From: Paraspadella gotoi
Lineage: Eukaryota; Animalia; Chaetognatha
DNA: 64,000 nt
Direction of reading: 5' to 3'
Assembly (NCBI GenBank): GCA_051294375.1
Contig: CM119265.1
Span: forward strand, 12,013,497-12,077,496
Every line of letters begins with the position of its first letter. The first letter of the stretch is position 1. The translations under genes and the position numbers were made by a program. Below the pieces are notes generated by a model. It was not told the origin of the DNA, did not search any database, and was given only the letters and a program-made list of their open reading frames with translations. Positions 14,901 through 27,153 of this stretch are shown piece by piece.

Positions 14901-17900
14901 CGGTTAACCATTAAAATCGGTTAATTTTATAATTCAACTTCAAATTTAAAATACTAATATTTAAAACAAACACATAGTTACGAAAAGAAAAATTGGTTTG
15001 AGCAAACTATCTTGAAATTACCCATTAAGGCGTAGTGAAAGTTACATACGAAAATTCTAAAAGTCAATTATGAACAACATACCATCAGTGAACATTAATT
15101 TATAAAAAAATTAATTTTATGTTTTTTAATTTTCGCAGTAGGCTATATTTATATATAGTACTATCCTTATAAAATCGAAAAATTTCAAAATAAGCTTTTC
15201 TTAATTTTGATTGCAGATTTGAATTCCTCGTCAAAAGTTGATAAAAGAAAATATAAATCATTTTTAAAAATTCTTTCATTAAGTGGGTTAAAAATTGAAA
15301 AAACTATATTTAATATATAAAAAATTAATTTTCAGCTTAAAATATAGCTTTTTCTAATTTTTGACCCACTTAATGAAGGAATTTTTCAAAAAGAGTTATA
15401 TTTCTTTTTATCAACTTTTTATGACGAATCCAAATCTGCAAAAATTTTTTAGAAAAAACTGTTTTAAAATTTTAACATTTATTGATTTAGTACTAGTATA
15501 AATATGGCCTACTGCGTAGATTGTAAAATTTATTATAAATTTTTTTATTACATAAATGTTCATTAATATAATGTTGTTCGTTCCTCACTTTTAGAATTTT
15601 AATTAAAGTTAAATTTAGAAATTTTACTATGCCTTATTACCCATTCTAATTGAGCTTATCAGCTAATCTTGCATACAAGTTTTTTTCTTTTGCCTTAAGC
15701 ATAATACAAATATAAAAAAAGTCAAAGAAAGAAAAATCACAATTTAATTCTAATTTTATATTAAGTTTTCTCGTTCTCTCTTTCACTTTCTCTTTCTCTA
15801 TTTCTCTTCCTCATTATTTTTTTAGTTGTTAGTCTTTCATAACCATAATTATAAATAAAAAATATGAATATTACTTTATTAATTGAATGGTTTATTGATT
15901 GAGCTATTGATCAAAAGATTTATTGATTAATAAATATATTTTTTCGTTTTATTAAAAAGTATATCATCATTGAAAGATATTTTTAGTTAGCCTTAATGTC
16001 TTTTTAAAGATTCCCTCCTTCTATTATTAATTCTTGAATTTTTTATAAATTTTTTTTATTAATTTTTTTCATTCATTTGGTTTTATTCCATATGCTTCTT
16101 TGTTTATTCTAAAGAGGGAAAGAAAAAGAAGAATTATTTATTTTTTTAACAACAAAATAGAATAAAAAGTTTTTCATGTAAGAATTTAATTTGTAAGAAA
16201 ATGTACAGAAGGCTTCATATTATAAAATGTAGTACCCCTTTTTTGTGACCAGAATCTGTTCCCACCAAACTACCCAATCGAATTTAATGAAATTTTACAT
16301 TTAGAGTGCTAATGAGTAATGACTATATAAATGGATCTATCGAGGCGAATTTTGATATTCAACCCCTGACAAGAGATACAGGGCCCTGTGGGTGGACCCC
16401 TGGGGGGCCAAAAAATGCTAAAATTTTTTTTTTTTTCAAATTTTTTATTAGCATCATGTGCATTGACGTTTTAAACATAAGAAAAAAAAATTTTAGAACT
16501 AAAATTGATAAATTGGCAATAATTAAACAATGGTTGAAGATGCTTGGTTCATCGTTTTACTTCCAATTTTCCCAAATTATTTCAAATCTGACTTTAACTG
16601 CTGAGGTTCATGAAGCTAAAAATTATGGTAAATGAATATTTTTGATGTAATAAATACGTTTTTGTGGAAGAGTAAACGTCTATGCAACTGTTTAAAACAA
16701 AAATTATTAAAAAATTGGTAAAAATTCGCCTCGATAGTTCCATTTGTATCACTACTGGTACTCCGCATGCAAAATTTCATTAAATTCTATTCAGTAGTTT
16801 TCTCGGAACGTGTTCAGGTCACAAAAAAGGGGTACCACATTTTATAATATGAAGCCTTCTGTATGTATTTGCATATATTTTATATTTCAAAATATTATTT
16901 GATGGAAATGCATTGTGTTATGTAATCCTTTCTTTCGTTGTGATTAGAGATTAGAGACAGAGTTTGAAATAATTGGCAACAACAATTTATTTTCAAGATG
17001 AAAACGTACATGTTTCGGCTTTTTTACAAGCCTTCTTCAGCGTCAATTTAGTTTGTGAAATTATTAGAGAGATTTTGTGTAGAAGATGGGGAGAGAGAAA
17101 GAGAGAGAGAGAGAAACAGAGAAACTTTGCCCTCTCTATGTTTCCCCTCTCTCTCTCTCTCTCTCTTTTGTCTACACAAAATCTGTCTTATACTTTCACA
17201 AACTAAATTGACGCTGAAGAAGGCTTGTAAAAAAGCCGAAACATATACGTTTTCATCTTGAAAATAAATCGTTATTGCCAATTATTTCAAACTTTGTCTC
17301 TAAGATGTAAATGCATTAAATTAGTTGAAAGGAAAAATGAAAAAAAATTGGGAGAAAGTAAAAAAAAATACTGGAAGGGCAGAAAAAAAGGAGAGAAAAG
17401 AAAGGGGGAAAGAAGCAGGGGAAAAGAGAGAAAGAAAAAGAAAGGAACATAAGGGTATAAAGTTAGGGGAATAAAGAATAAGAGATAGAAAAAAGATTGG
17501 GATTGATAATAAAAAAGGAAAAAAAAAAACATTGAAAAAATGGAAAAGAGAGAGAGGGGGGAAATATGGTGAGAAAGGGAGAGGAGAATAAGAGAGGACG
17601 GGAAAAAAATACTTTTCTTTTAAAAAATTAAAGATTTCCTAACAAATAATAACAAAAATCGTATTTGAAAATTAAACGAATTTAACCGTTACAATAAATA
17701 CATTAACGGTTAAGTTAAAATTATAATTAACCGTTAATAACCGTTAGCTTTTAACGGTTATCGGAACTCTACTCCTAATGTATAAAAAATTGAAATTCTT
17801 ATATTTTTAAGTGCTTAAGACACAAAGAAAAATAACGTGGCGAAACGGTCTCGTGCTGATTTTGTCCCTTTAAAATTATTTCTGAGCCAAATTAATTGAT

Positions 17901-20900
17901 CATTACTTTTGGTAATATGTGCAATATACACTACTGGACATTACTGTACCTGACCATAACCCTTGACCATCAACAAAAAAGCTAACTAGATCAAAAGTAG
18001 TAAAAAAGATGAAGCAATATAGCTCAAAACACTTACAAAATTTTAGACCATTAGTTTTATAAATGCAAAAAAAATATTAATATTATTAAAACAAAACTTT
18101 AACGATAATCTAATAGTTAACCGAGACCAAGATGAATATTTTTTACCCATCATTTCCTCAATTTATATGAATCATGTTTTTTTTAATTAGTCAATTAATC
18201 TAAATAACAATATGACAAATTCATTTTTAATTTTTTTTATGAATGGGAAGTTTTCTCTCTGCTTACTCCCCTTGTGTCTAATTATTTAATATTTTAAAGG
18301 TATTTTCAAAAACCTTATATAATTACTATATTTTTCACTTTTTTTCAATTCTTTTCAAACAAAAACATCATAAAAACATTTTAAATTAATAAAAAAAAAT
18401 TGAATGATTTTGGGAAAAAATATTTTGAAACTTGAGAATAATGGATTATGAGTCAGGAAAAAAATTTTGCAATTCTAAAAAAAATCAGCCTCCAGCCTTT
18501 CGATTTTCTAGAGGCTGATTTTTTTTATTTTTTTGATATTTTTGATTTTCTATGCAAAACCATTATTCTCATGAGCATAGGTCGGACGAAATTTTTTTCC
18601 CAACAATTTGAAAAAATTCAACTTTTCTAATTAGGCTTTTTTGGGGGAAATAAATAATAAATTATCATATGATGGGTACATCTGAAAGTGATATGTCTCT
18701 AAATGACAAAAAAAATTTTCTTCAAGTTTTATTTTGAAATTTAAGTATTGTACCAATAGAAATAAGTGAGATACTCCCGCTTTGCCGAAATTTTTATTTA
18801 ACAAAGATTTGTACTGCGTAATTTAAAATAACTTTGAAAGAAAAGAGAGGTAACAAGGTGGATGTGGTATCAAATTAAAGCCCTAATCATGGGACACCTT
18901 TCTAAAAGAGTTTTATTAAATTAAATCCATAAATCTTTACACAGCTTTTGTTTAAATCAGAGTTAAAAGTATAACAGTTTTTTGCTTTAAAAATTTCAAT
19001 GAAGGCATATGAAATTTTTTTTTTCTTTTGTAATTTGAAAAAGGAAAGACTGAATTACATTTTGTTTATTATTAAATTTTCTTTATTCCATAAAATTGCT
19101 TATATTTTTTCAGATAAAGTAAAAAAACAAGCAAAAATTTATGTTGTAGCTGATAAAATGTATTTTTTAAATTTTAAAAATGATAAATACAAAAATGTTT
19201 TCAGCTTGATATAAACAGTCTGGACATCTACCTTCTTGTCTGTGAAAAAAAATCGGCATTTTTCATTATCTTTAACTGCAAACTAAAAGCTTAATTCTAT
19301 TATTTATCATCCATTTTAATTAAGAAAAATATTTCTCGTAATAGCCCATTGGAAAGGGTTCATTGACTGACTTAATGATAAATTTTTTAGATTTCTTTAC
19401 TGCCCCCATTTCACAAGATATAATAGATCATGGTTATCATGTCAATAAGTCCAGATTATCTGTACCCTTTCTGCAACCTGGATTCCAAATTTTCTTTTTT
19501 TCCCTTTCAAATATATTAAATAAAAAAAATTATTTGAGAGAACAATCGGCTGTGGAGGATGCATTGGTAAGCCTTAGTTACCCCACTTCCCGATCGAATT
19601 TTTAAATGAGGTTTTTTTTCCATCTATTTGAGACATAACACTAACTATTAGTAATAATTATTTTTTTTATTTTTCTGATTTTATAATTCTATGAATAAAT
19701 ATGAATAAGTAACTTTTTAAAAAATGTATCATCTTTCACCCTATATTCAGTCATATCTAAAAAATAAAACAAAATTTTGCATTGATATTTTGGATATCAA
19801 CATATGAAACTATAACGTTTCAAAAAATAAAAAGAAATATAATAATATTGAACAGTGAATTTTTTTTATGCACGGAACAGTAACGTTACGCCATTTTTCA
19901 TTGTGTCTTAAAATGATTTTTAATACCATGTTCTCAGTTTTGCAATATTATAGAATGACAATAGATACCAAATTTATATATATTTTTTTATTTATAGTAT
20001 TTTTGACCGAGTTTTTTATTTCCTTCCATTCCTATATTTTGATCCCATCTTCCTTTTCAATTAATATTGGTTTTTGGCCCTTTTTTTATTTCCAATGTTA
20101 TTTTTTCTTATTCTTTTTATCATTTATATTTATCTTTAGAAATTTAGCTTATTTTTTATTTCCTTTTCAAAATATTTTTATTCATATTATTTTTATATTA
20201 ATTTCATCTTAATTTTTTTTTACTAATTCTTTAACCATATTTAGGCGTTAAATTTCATTCCAAACTTTTGTAACTTTTTATTGCTAAAAATAGATTTCTT
20301 TACTGTATTATTAATAGTATAATAATTTTTTTCACCTTATTATATAACAAATGTTGCTATATTTATTACTGAGTAAATTATCACTAAAACTTAATAAAAA
20401 GCATATTAGGTAACACAGAATTCTTACTTTAAGGGTGTTCCGTTTTACCCCAATTTAATTGTAGCTTTGTAAAAAATAATTGAATTTTTTTTTGAAATAA
20501 TCTATACAATAACTAAAAATTAGTAGTCTCGTCTATCATATATTAATATTCCATAGTCATATTACATCAAATATGACTGTGACAGAGGCTTGAAAACGAC
20601 TACTCAAAGACGAAATTTGACTAGCAGCTTTGAAATTGCTGCTACAGCAGCAGCTGAATGCTGTAACTGCTGTAATGGAAAGTCAAGTTGGTGAAATATT
20701 AAATGAACAAAAAACAATTAAAAAATATCTATACACAATTTTTTTATTTCATTTTATATGTCAGTGTTCCGAATTACCCCTGTTCCGAATTACCCCGCAC
20801 TACCCTAACTTCTCTTACCGGAAAATATCTCCACAGAACCAGCCGTACTTGACAGCAGCCCAAATCCTCCGCGCTTGCGTCTCTTCACAGCGACGTTTTC

Positions 20901-23900
20901 CCGCAGCGCCGCTACGGCACCGTTCCACAGCGCCGTGTAGCGAAACTTGTTCAACGACGCCGACTTTTGCGTCGTCGACGAGAGAAACGACGAGGAGAGC
21001 GCCGCAGAATTCGAGGCGGTGAACGGCGTTGGCAAAACGTCTACAGATTGACGCCGACGACCGTCGCCATGGGAGAGTCGCGAGGAAGAGGCGCCGGCAA
21101 TCAGCGGCATCGCCTTGGATCGAGCGCTCGCGGCGTTGCTGGAGCGGATATGATGCAGAGACGGCGTTTCCGCAATTTTGTGGCGTCGTGGCGGCGGAAT
21201 CGGATTAACGAAACGAGGCTTATCTTCCGTGGTGACGTTAGCGCAGCTTTTGGCGAAGTTTTTTTTGTCGGCGTCGATGTTGGGCGATTCGTCAATGAGG
21301 GGAATTGTAGACGGCGTCGAGGGCAAGTAGGCGGCGGCGGCGATGCCTTGGCAGTTGGAGGAGTTTGCCGACGCGACGCCGGAAACTGTGACAGAGTTTT
21401 CATCGTTCTCTTCGCGCCCAACTCCAGATTTCATAGGGGTGGTTTCCAAATAGGGAGTGGCGATAGCGGAAGGTAATTGAGGCGGAGTTGATATCGGAAG
21501 CGGAGGAGGCGTTCCGGTCAAAGAGACAAAGGAAGTAGCGCCCTGTAATAGTTAAGCCAATTGGGAATGAATGTTTTATGAATGTTTTCCTAACCAAGCT
21601 ACAAATGAGTATCAAGGATCCTTCAAAAATTTTAGTCCATCAACATACAGTATCGGTTTTGAAGAACCTGGAAAAGTCCAGGAGGCTGTAACTTTTTTGT
21701 AAATGCTGGAAATCAGCTGAAAATCGAATACGGGTTAGACCTGAGGGTGGTTTATTCCCCATAAGAGTTTGAGCCACTTTAAAAAAAAAATAGTGAATGG
21801 GCATTTTTTTGGACAAAAAATTAATTTGCATACTGTAAAAAAAATATGGTAGTAAATACTCTTATATTATGGTGATATAACCGGGAGGGGTTGCCTAAAC
21901 CAGTGGTAAAACAAAATGATCAAATACAGCTTTGTTAAAACTCATTTGCATACAGTAACAATATATTTTTTTATAATATTGTATTTTCAGTCTTATGATA
22001 ATTTAAAAAAAATATTTCAAATAATAGCTAACTGATACACCAATAACATACAATGCATAAATAGAATATTTGTTATTCTTTAATCCAAAATTAATTTTCA
22101 ACAAATTATAAAAATATGCATTTTTTTGAACAAATGTTTTTTTAAAAATAGTAATTATGCCAACCAACTGTCCTTGGTGCACTGATTACAATATATAATT
22201 TTTTTTTTAAATATGACTACTATATTATGAAATATAACCCTTCAAACCTTAAAAAATACAGAAAAACACCCTTAATTCAAACTTTAATAAAAACCGTTCC
22301 AATGATTATTACATCTCTCATACTTTAATACATATCAAGGAGAACCATCAGGTTTATTGTGTGAAAGTTATAGATAACTTCGATAAGGAGGATGACTGCA
22401 CAGGAAGGCGAAAAATAGATGATGAACTACATCAGCTTGTAATTGAATAATATACTCTTGCTTAATAAGACGGAACAAAGTAAAAACTAAGAGTTCTGTA
22501 ATATAAATAACGTTAGAGCATCCCTGTGGGATGACGAATTGAAAAAAAAAATTAAGATTTTATATATAGTAAATAATATAGAAGCATTTAAGTTTATCGT
22601 ATTACTATAAATCATGAAAATTTTTTTTTTTTCAAAATCAGAATTTTTAAAAGCGGATTTGGGTAGAGATTGAAAAAAAAAAAAAAAAATTACTACAAGA
22701 TTTTCAAATTTTATTGTTTTATTGCTTAATATTAACAAAACTATAAAAATTATGGTAGGACAATGATGATGATGATTTTAAAGAGTTTTTCTGTTATTTG
22801 ACCCACTTATCATCAAAATATTGAAAAACGCATTATACTTTTGTGTAGAAAACTTTTTATGGGCTATCTGAATAGGTTCTTAAAAAATAAAAATTTTACT
22901 TTGTTCCGCCTTATTAAGCAAGAGTATAGTTTTTGTTAATATTAAGCAATAAAACAATAAAATTTGAAAATCTCTGTTAGTAATTTTTTTTTTTTTCAAT
23001 CTCTACCCGAATCCGCTTTTAAAAATTCTGATTTTAAAAAAAAAAATTTCATGATTTATAGTAATACGATAAACTTAAATGCTTCTATATTATTTACTAT
23101 ATATAAAATCTTAATTTTTTTTTCAATTCGTCATCCCACAGGGATGCTCTAACGTTATTTATATTACAGAACTCTTAGTTTTTACTTTGTTCCGTCTAAT
23201 TAAGCAAGAGTATATTATTCAATTACAAGCTGATGTAGTTCATCTATCTATTTTTCGCCTCCTGTGCAGTCATTCCTTATCGAAGTTATCTATAACTTTC
23301 ACACAATAAACCTGATGGTTCTCCTTGATATGTATTAAAGTATGAGAGATGTAATATCATTGGAACGGTTTTTATTAAAGTTTGAATTAAGGGTGTTTTT
23401 CTGTATTTTTTAAGGTTTTGAAGAGTTATATTTCATAATATAGTAGTCGTATTTAAAAAAAATTATATATTTGTAATCAGTGCATCGAGGACAGTTGGTT
23501 GGCATAATTACTATTTTTAAAAAAAACATTTGTTCAAAAAAATGCATATTTTTATATTTTGTTAAAAATTAATTTTGGATTAAATAATAACAAATATTCT
23601 ATTTTATGCATTGTATGTTATTGGTGTATCAGTTAGCTATTATTTGAAATACATTTTTTTAAAAAATTATCATAAGACTGAAAAACAATATTGTGGAAGA
23701 CGATGCCGCGAGCAGTTTACCGTCCGTTGCACACAAGGTCCCGAACTTTGGATCGGGCTGTAGTCCGACACTACAGGTGGGATAGACGCCCCGTCCCGCT
23801 TTTACTTGTGTGAATCAGCAGGGCGCGAACCGAGTCCTTTGGGTTGGGAGGAGCTCGTGCTACCTCCGCGCCATAGGTGCTGCTGATTCTCGGACGAGTA

Positions 23901-24740
23901 GTGGGGTATGAAATACTACCACTACAATATTATAAAAAATATATTGCTACTGTATGCAAATGAGTTTTAACAAAGCTGTATTTGATCATTTTGTTTTACC
24001 ACTGGTTTAGGCAACCCCTCCCGGTTATATCACCATAATATAAGAGTATTTACTACCATATTTTTTTTACAGTATGCAAATTAATTTTTTGTCCAAAAAA
24101 ATGCCCATTCACATTTTTTTTTTAAAGTGGCTCAAACTCTTATGGGGAATAAACCACCCTCAGGTCTAACCCGTATTCGATTTTCAGCTGATTTCCAGCA
24201 TTTACAAAAAAGTTACAGCCTCCCTGGACTTTTCCAGGTTCTTCAAAACCGATACTGTAACTTATATCTCTTGTTAATAACCTTCATTCTCGGAGTTTGC
24301 CCATGCGCCATTTTATTCGAATTTTCCTTTCCCGCCAGACGAAAGTCACGTCCTCTATTCCTTCGGTCGGCAAAAGGCAGCGACGAAGAATTGAGGCAGT
24401 CTTGTTCTTCCAGGTTACGCGGCGGAAAAAAGGTCCTGATTCGCGAGGCGGTCACGAGGGACGAATCGAGGGTCGAGAGTCCATCGCTCGTTGATCCCAA
24501 AGCGGGGATGTCAGGCGGAGTAAACAAAACGTCTTCTTCGTCGGAATTGTCTTTGATGGGAAAACAGATTCGATGCGTTAGAGTCAAACGGTGTAGCGCC
24601 GGAGAGCGGGAAAGCCGGACTGACGGAGCTAGGGTGGAAGGTGAAGCGGATGAACGAAGCTCCAGCGCTTGAAGATCTCGGACGCTGCAAGGAAGTTCTT
24701 TGTCGCAAACTTTATTGACCGGCGGAGGATCCGTCGGCAT
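1390..24740 (-). CDS. DEP-domain / RhoGAP-like protein of the DEPDC1/4/7 family, about 16 exons; start codon uncertain (24740 or 24311)
   Basis: Manually spliced exons include 24282-24740, 20819-21542, 11704-11832, 6296-6541, two short exons at ~6230-5957, 3517-~3789, and several to the stop at 1390-1392; phases are compatible. The DEP domain reassembles across giant introns: FRYTALWNGAVAALRENVAVKRRK..FSG|QDATNVLLKYL..DRSKAVKLGQHLLNNGYYKP|VKK..FEDHASKFFVF. The C-terminus LLVPSERRNVLLRLLLFMNVA..YCKTIEEETYEEQK..HPNLF resembles DEPDC7/DEPDC4 as recalled. Confidence 0.85.
3857..5909 (+). mobile_element. Degenerate non-autonomous LTR-like element (TRIM/LARD-like) inside a DEPDC intron
   Basis: Direct repeats 3857-4024 and 5753-5909 both end ..CCCCACA; purine tract AAGAAGGGGGA just before the right copy; PBS-like AGTGACGCC after the left copy; no clean TSD or pol ORF. 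Confidence 0.6.
7426..10671. mobile_element. Cluster of Helentron/DINE-1-like non-autonomous repeats
   Basis: The end motif AACAAGTTTGAGCAAACAATGTCGGATCTGCC recurs at 41221; (GGAC/AGAC)n microsatellite near 10486-10530; terminal hairpin AGTCGG..CCGACT followed by an A-run at 10638-10671; internal blocks recur at 41820-43150. Confidence 0.5.
9700..10113. repeat. Minisatellite, ~20-bp unit CATAATTTGGTCAACTG(A/G)
   Basis: Many tandem, slightly degenerate copies with no unique spacers. Confidence 0.9.
12239..12365. repeat. Near-perfect ~125-bp palindrome
   Basis: AGGAGAAAAACA..GACAGTTTTTGGCA mirrored by TGCCAAAAACTGTC..TGTTTTTCTCCT around a very short centre. Confidence 0.85.
13724..14693 (-). 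pseudogene. Tc1-family DNA transposon relic with frameshifted, 5'-deleted transposase
   Basis: Fragments TVKQQPKVMVFGAIS..FMEDNAPLHRA, WPGNSPDLNPI and YLQSLYESMPNRINEVVKSKG; ~30-bp TIRs TACCATCTTGGAAAATGAATAAGTCGCCAAA at ~13724 and inverted at ~14662-14693. Confidence 0.88.
15026..15636. mobile_element. hAT-like MITE, internally palindromic; second full copy at 43616-44223, partial copy ~42305-42750
   Basis: TIR TAAGGCGTAGT..ACTA(T/C)GCCTTA; 8-bp TSD TTACCCAT here and CTAAACAG at the second copy. Confidence 0.88.
16206..16861. mobile_element. Tc1/mariner-type MITE
   Basis: TIR CAGAAGGCTTCATATTATAAAATGT(A/G)GTACCCC, flanked by TA on both sides. Confidence 0.85.
17003..17044 (-). ncRNA. Minimal type I hammerhead ribozyme (Penelope-type)
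   Basis: Minus strand: GACG-CUGAAGA-aggcuu(guaaaa)aagcc-GAAA-caug-UA-CGUU; intact core, helix I GACG/CGUU, palindromic ACAUGU helix III. Confidence 0.85.
17210..17251 (+). ncRNA. Minimal hammerhead ribozyme, inverted partner of 17003-17044
   Basis: GACG-CUGAAGA-aggcuu..aagcc-GAAA-caua-UA-CGUU; helix III palindrome broken by one G>A change. Confidence 0.7.
21648..24257. mobile_element. Foldback-type non-autonomous Tc1/mariner-like element with ~1.1-kb inverted arms
   Basis: TA|CAGTATCGGTTTTGAAGAACC..GGTTCTTCAAAACCGATACTG|TA; the arms ~21648-22745 and ~22925-24257 are near-exact reverse complements apart from one insertion. Confidence 0.9.
23692..23926. mobile_element. 235-bp GC-rich TG..CA element (solo-LTR-like) with 4-bp TSD
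   Basis: ATAT|TGTGGAAG..CCACTACA|ATAT; the opposite foldback arm (~21970-21985) shows the empty site. Confidence 0.88.
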
Positions 24741-24870
24741 AATTCGACGGAAATCCTCCCGGGGCAAACATTTGTGTCAGTTACAATCTGCAAAGTTGAA
24801 AACGTAACGAAACTGATTCGAGCGAATAAACAAAACAACGCGCCAAGCCTTGGTAACGGTTAAAAAATAA

Positions 24871-26439
24871 TTAAGTCCTGCTCTTCTCCCTCTTCTTTAT
24901 CTTCTTCGGCGGCGGCTCCAAAAAATCATCGTCTTCATCAATCTCCATCATCGTTCGAGACAAAGAATCGTCCAGCGTCCGCGCGGGCAAAGGAGATTCT
25001 TCAATCTTCAACTCGGATTCGGCTTCTCGTTCTCTGTTCTTCTTTTTCTTCTTTTTGGGCAAATTACCGATCGTCGTCTTGCTCTCTATCTTTTCCTGCT
25101 TCTTTTTCTTCATTTTTTTCGAGGCGGAGGCGGATTGGTCGAGCCAGGAAGAGTCTGTCGTCGTCGTTGTCGCTGAATGAAGAGAGACGACGCCAGAATC
25201 GTTGTCTTCGTCGTCGGCGGTTCCGTTCAATTTTCCCATCGACGATTTTTTCTTTTTTCGTTTTTGTTTTCCTTCTTCTTCGTCGTCGTCTTCTTTATTT
25301 TTTTCCTTTTTCTTCTTTTCGACGGGAAATTCAGGAATGGGCGTCACCACCGCCGCGGAGGGAATCTCGAAGTCGTCAAGACCGTCAGAAGAATCCGTGG
25401 ACGCAGCCTCGACGGAAGCGGAAGTGGAAGCGACGAATCGATCAGAGGAAGCGGCGTAGGTCGTCACGGGTTGCGCATCATCGTCAGCGACGTTCTCGTC
25501 CTTTGCTTCTATCGATGTCTGAGTCTCATCCATGTTCTTCTTGAGGCGAAGTTCACCGCCAACCAAGGCGCCGTGAATCGTGACGGAATCGGACGTGAAA
25601 AGGACATTCGTCACCTTTGAAGAAGAATATTGTGAGTTATGTCTTTAGTAAATTAATTCGAAACACATTACTGAAACCTCGAACTCCATCTCGTCCCCGT
25701 CGGCGACATCGCCCAACAGATGACTCTCCATTTCCGTGACCCAGACGCAAGCGTTGAACACGGTGTGAACCAAACAGCCGACGAAGTCGCGTGAGCTCCG
25801 GTTGTTTACAACGCCACGCAGAATCTCGCCAATTTCCGGTCTAATGAAAAAGAGTGAGGAAAAGATTGTACCGCTAAAAATTACAAGGGCAAAATTTCAT
25901 GCCAAAGTTACTTGAAAGTATAAACCGTCGTTTTAATTTTGTGAAACAGCCACCTCAAGTCGTGTTCGAAGGAACCCGCGCTGCCTGTAAAGTTTAGTTA
26001 ACGATTATCATTTCGTATATTTTTAAACTTAAAACTATCTGATTCTCGAATTGTACTCGCCCGTAAGAAGCGTGGATTTGCCAAAGGCCACGACAATGCC
26101 GCCGTAAACTGACGAATACTTGAAGAGCTCATGATTCAACACTTGAGCGATACCAGCAGCCTCGCGACCGATGAATCTAAAATATCGAATTTGTCCCGAT
26201 ATTTCCCATTTGTTAGTTCAAATTAATCATTTCATTTACCTGCAATGCATAGATATCGACTTGACGATTTCCGTCTTGACGATGCCAGACCTTTCATCGG
26301 CGGCGAGCTTCGATACGATCGCGGGCACGAATAGCGACGAATAAAGATGGCGCTGTTCGAGTTGTCTTTCGCGGAGAAGGCGTCGGGGATTGTCGCGCAG
26401 GTTGGCGAAATGCCTTCGCGGAGGAGACGACGAAGACAT
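24871..26439 (-). CDS. POLR1F: RNA polymerase I subunit RPA43 (TWISTNB), 5 exons
   Basis: Spliced product ..LNHELFKYSSVYGGIVVAF..FKPEIGEILRGVVN..FVGCLVHTVFNA..EMEFEV, followed by a long Lys/Glu-rich tail (ORF 24871-25614). Intron 25985-26060 needs a GC donor. Confidence 0.88.
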
Positions 26440-26519
26440 GACGCCGATTTTGTAATTAAAAGGGCTTCTGTTAATATCGATTTTGTAGTTTTGTCTATCT
26501 TCAGTGTTTTCTTTAGCAC

Positions 26520-27153
26520 TTAGTCCAATTTAGGCGGTTTGTACGATTCGAAGAAACGCTGAAAGTCTTCCTCTGTGAAGATGGTTCCTTCAGAATCGTC
26601 CGTCGCCGGTTTGTTCGCGGTTTCGACGGCGGCGGCGGCCGTGGTCCACCACGTCGCCGTCGAAGACGCGACTGCGTTCGGCGTCGACTTTCGCTTGCGG
26701 GTCGATTGAAGACGACGGGTCCCGTGGGACTGGCGATTCTGCTGTTGCTTCACGATCTGAGAAAAGAGAGGAAGAAGATTGAACATTAGGATTGGTAGAT
26801 GAGAACGAGGATTGAGATTAATATTACATTATTAATAGAAAACAAACAGATCAAAAATTGGGGAAAATTTGAAAAAAAAACAAAACAAAAACCGTCGAAT
26901 GATGACTGAACCTGAAACTTACTTGATCAATTATGTCGGGAGTCTTGAGCCGCGAGACGAGCGTCGACCTCATCAACGCCTCCGCCTTCCTGTCCAGCGA
27001 AGCCGACGACTCCGCCTCGATCGCTTCCCGTTTCGCTTTTTTTCCTTTCCGCTTCTTTTTCTTTGAATCGAGACGAGTGTGTTTGGGGGCGGTTGAGGGA
27101 AAGAGTTCGTCGTCAAAGAGTTGGAGCGATTTACGCGCCAAATCCAAAGACAT
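26520..27153 (-). CDS. RPS19BP1: Active regulator of SIRT1 / RPS19-binding protein 1, 2 exons
   Basis: N-terminus MSLDLARKSLQL and C-terminal EGTIFTEEDFQRFFESY match the AROS family signatures; phase-0 GT-AG intron at IDQ|IVKQ. Confidence 0.88.

Larger units (their letters stand above)
14837..17771. mobile_element. Non-autonomous hAT-like element containing nested MITEs
   Basis: TIRs TAGAGTTTCGTTAACCGTT / AACGGTTATCGGAACTCTA; 8-bp TSD CTCCTAAT on both sides. Confidence 0.8.
11899..20805. mobile_element. TIR element with TA target duplication that fills DEPDC intron 2 and hosts nested insertions
   Basis: TA|GGGTAATGCGGGGTAATTCGGAACA at 11899 and the inverse TGTTCCGAATTACCCCGCACTACCC|TA ending at 20805. 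Confidence 0.75.
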
